Shown here in pieces: positions 62,541 to 64,000 of a stretch of DNA of 64,000 nucleotides. The DNA lies in assembly GCA_903905735.1 (NCBI GenBank), contig CAIVHU010000057.1, positions 14,002 through 78,001 of the forward strand, given 5' to 3'. Made by a program: the position numbers and the translations under genes. The stretch's first letter is position 1; each line of letters opens with the position of its first letter. Origin of the DNA: an uncultured beta proteobacterium (lineage in GTDB: Bacteria; Pseudomonadota; Gammaproteobacteria; Burkholderiales; Burkholderiaceae_C). A model generated the notes under the pieces. The model saw only the letters and a list, made by a program, of their open reading frames with translations. It was not told the origin of the DNA and ran no database searches.

Positions 62541-63692
62541 ATGAAAGTCATCCGATTACTGCGATCCAAAGTTGAACTGGGTCAACCTCTGCCCTGGAGC
62601 GTTCGGGATGAGCAGGGGCACTTGCTGCTGTCCAGAGGCTTTGTGGTGCAGACCGAGCAACAACTCAACCAACTGCTGGCGCGTGGTGCCTTTGCTGACG
62701 TGGAGGAAATTCGCGCCGTGGCGCGCGAGGAGGCCGCTCGGAACGAACCCGCCAAGGTACATGTGCCACCTAATCTGTTCGGCCTGTGGGACCAGTTGAC
62801 CGAAGACTTGCGCAAGCTCCTGCTTCATCCCGAGGAGAGTGCTCACTTTGTCAAACAGCTTGATGACTTTGCCGCGCGTTTGCTGGGCCTGCTGGACAGT
62901 CAGGTCGATATTGGCATCTACCGCGCCGTGCGCCAGGACAACCAATCGCACTTTTATTACGGCTACACGCACGCCATCCACACCGCGATGTTGTGCGTGC
63001 TGCTGTCGCGGCGTATGCAGTGGCCAGAGCCTCGTTTGATGAGCCTGATGAAGGCGGCGCTCACGATGAACCTCACGATCATGGAGCTTCAGGGCCAGAT
63101 GGCGGCGCAGGACGTGCCGCCAAAAGACGCGCAGCGGGCAGAAATCCGGGCCCACTCCGAAAAAGCCGTGGCGCAATTGACCGCACTGGGTATCACCGAT
63201 ACCGATTGGCTCACCGCCATCACCCAGCACCACGAGCATCTGGAGGGCACCGGTTACCCCAGCGGCACCCGTGATGTCAGTGAACTGGCCGTGGCGCTGC
63301 GCGTGGCTGATGTGCTGATGGCCAAGATCAGCCCGCGCGCCCTGCGCGAATCGCTGTCGCCACAGGAGGCTGTGCGCCAGTTGTACCGCGAAGACAAGGG
63401 CGGGCCGATTTCCACCGCCATCATCAAGGAGCTGGGGATTTACCCGCCGGGGGACTACGTCAAACTCGTCTCGGGCGAGCAAGGCGTGGTGGTGCAACGC
63501 ACCGCCAATGCCAAGGCAGCCATCGTTGCCGTGATTACTGACGCCCAAGGCCGCCCGATCGTCAAAACCGTGCGCCGTGATACCGGCGAACCGGCGTCGG
63601 CCATTGTGGCCACGGTCAGCGACAAGGCCATGCTCAAGCGACTGCCGCCGGAGCGCTTGTTCGGGTTTTCAATGGCTGCGCCGGCAGCCTGA
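62541..63692 (+). CDS. HD-GYP domain c-di-GMP phosphodiesterase with DUF3391-like N-terminus
   Basis: N-terminal LGQPLPWSVRDEQGHLLLSRG pattern. HD region YTHAIHTAML and HHEHLEGTGYP (HD-GYP signature). Confidence 0.8.
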   Translation: MKVIRLLRSKVELGQPLPWSVRDEQGHLLLSRGFVVQTEQQLNQLLARGAFADVEEIRAVAREEAARNEPAKVHVPPNLFGLWDQLTEDLRKLLLHPEESAHFVKQLDDFAARLLGLLDSQVDIGIYRAVRQDNQSHFYYGYTHAIHTAMLCVLLSRRMQWPEPRLMSLMKAALTMNLTIMELQGQMAAQDVPPKDAQRAEIRAHSEKAVAQLTALGITDTDWLTAITQHHEHLEGTGYPSGTRDVSELAVALRVADVLMAKISPRALRESLSPQEAVRQLYREDKGGPISTAIIKELGIYPPGDYVKLVSGEQGVVVQRTANAKAAIVAVITDAQGRPIVKTVRRDTGEPASAIVATVSDKAMLKRLPPERLFGFSMAAPAA

Positions 63693-63735
63693 TACAGGGG
63701 GCAGCCTTGCTGGACCGTCGAATTGGAGTTGCAAA

Positions 63736-63981
63736 GTGAACAATTTGGATAGCCTCGGCGCTCTTGGGCTTGAGTTGCCAAGCCCGGCGTACTTGATAGG
63801 ATCGCTGGTGTTTGGCATCTTTGGCTACGTCGCTTTCAGAAGAGGCCGAAAAACCGCCAGCCCGGAACTCACCTGGAGCGGTGTGGCGCTGATGGTTTAT
63901 CCCTACCTCGTCTCCCAGACCTGGCTGCTGTGGCTTCTGGGTGCTGCCCTGTGCGGCTGGGTTTACACGCGTTGGGAATGA
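63736..63981 (+). CDS. Small hypothetical membrane protein
   Basis: GTG at 63736 is preceded by ggag. The 81 aa product has two or three hydrophobic helices (YLIGSLVFGIFGYVAF, WLLWLLGAALCGWVY). No family recognised. Confidence 0.4.
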   Translation: MNNLDSLGALGLELPSPAYLIGSLVFGIFGYVAFRRGRKTASPELTWSGVALMVYPYLVSQTWLLWLLGAALCGWVYTRWE

Positions 63982-64000
63982 TGCTGGCTTCGCTGGACGG

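Overview
High-GC betaproteobacterial chromosome segment. Gene content and order (gpmA-rhodanese-grxC-secB-gpsA, scpA-nadB-panBC) suggest Burkholderiales/Comamonadaceae; that assignment is an inference. I call about 53 protein-coding genes, mostly housekeeping: clsB-like (5' truncated), folE, moeB, ctpA, gpmA, grxC, secB, gpsA, nadC/nadA/nadB, panB/panC, scpA, metG, apbC, fkpB-ispH, serS, pta. There is also an OmpR-type regulator plus hybrid kinase next to an mdtABC-OMF RND efflux operon, and a TPP-riboswitch-controlled thiBPQ thiamine importer. c-di-GMP genes include a GGDEF cyclase coupled to a MinD/FlhG-like ATPase and an HD-GYP protein. I did not recognise any rRNA, tRNA, CRISPR array, transposase or integrase. 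The main items worth a second look are: (1) a six-gene hydrogenase-4-like membrane complex (32779-39993) whose large subunit lacks all four Ni-Fe cysteine ligands while the small subunit keeps its Fe-S cysteines, so it is an Ehr-type complex rather than a hydrogenase; (2) a dispersed 35-50 bp AT-rich repeat with at least 11 copies, several embedded in frame inside coding sequences (HyfG-like, ThiP, a NadR-like ATPase, a secreted nuclease); (3) a short BLUF photoreceptor translationally coupled to folE; (4) two inverted copies of a ~140 bp MITE-like element between pta and the TPP riboswitch; (5) a low-GC single-gene islet encoding a lipase-fold lipoprotein with no nucleophile serine. All calls come from reading the ORF translations and the DNA by eye, with no database searches.
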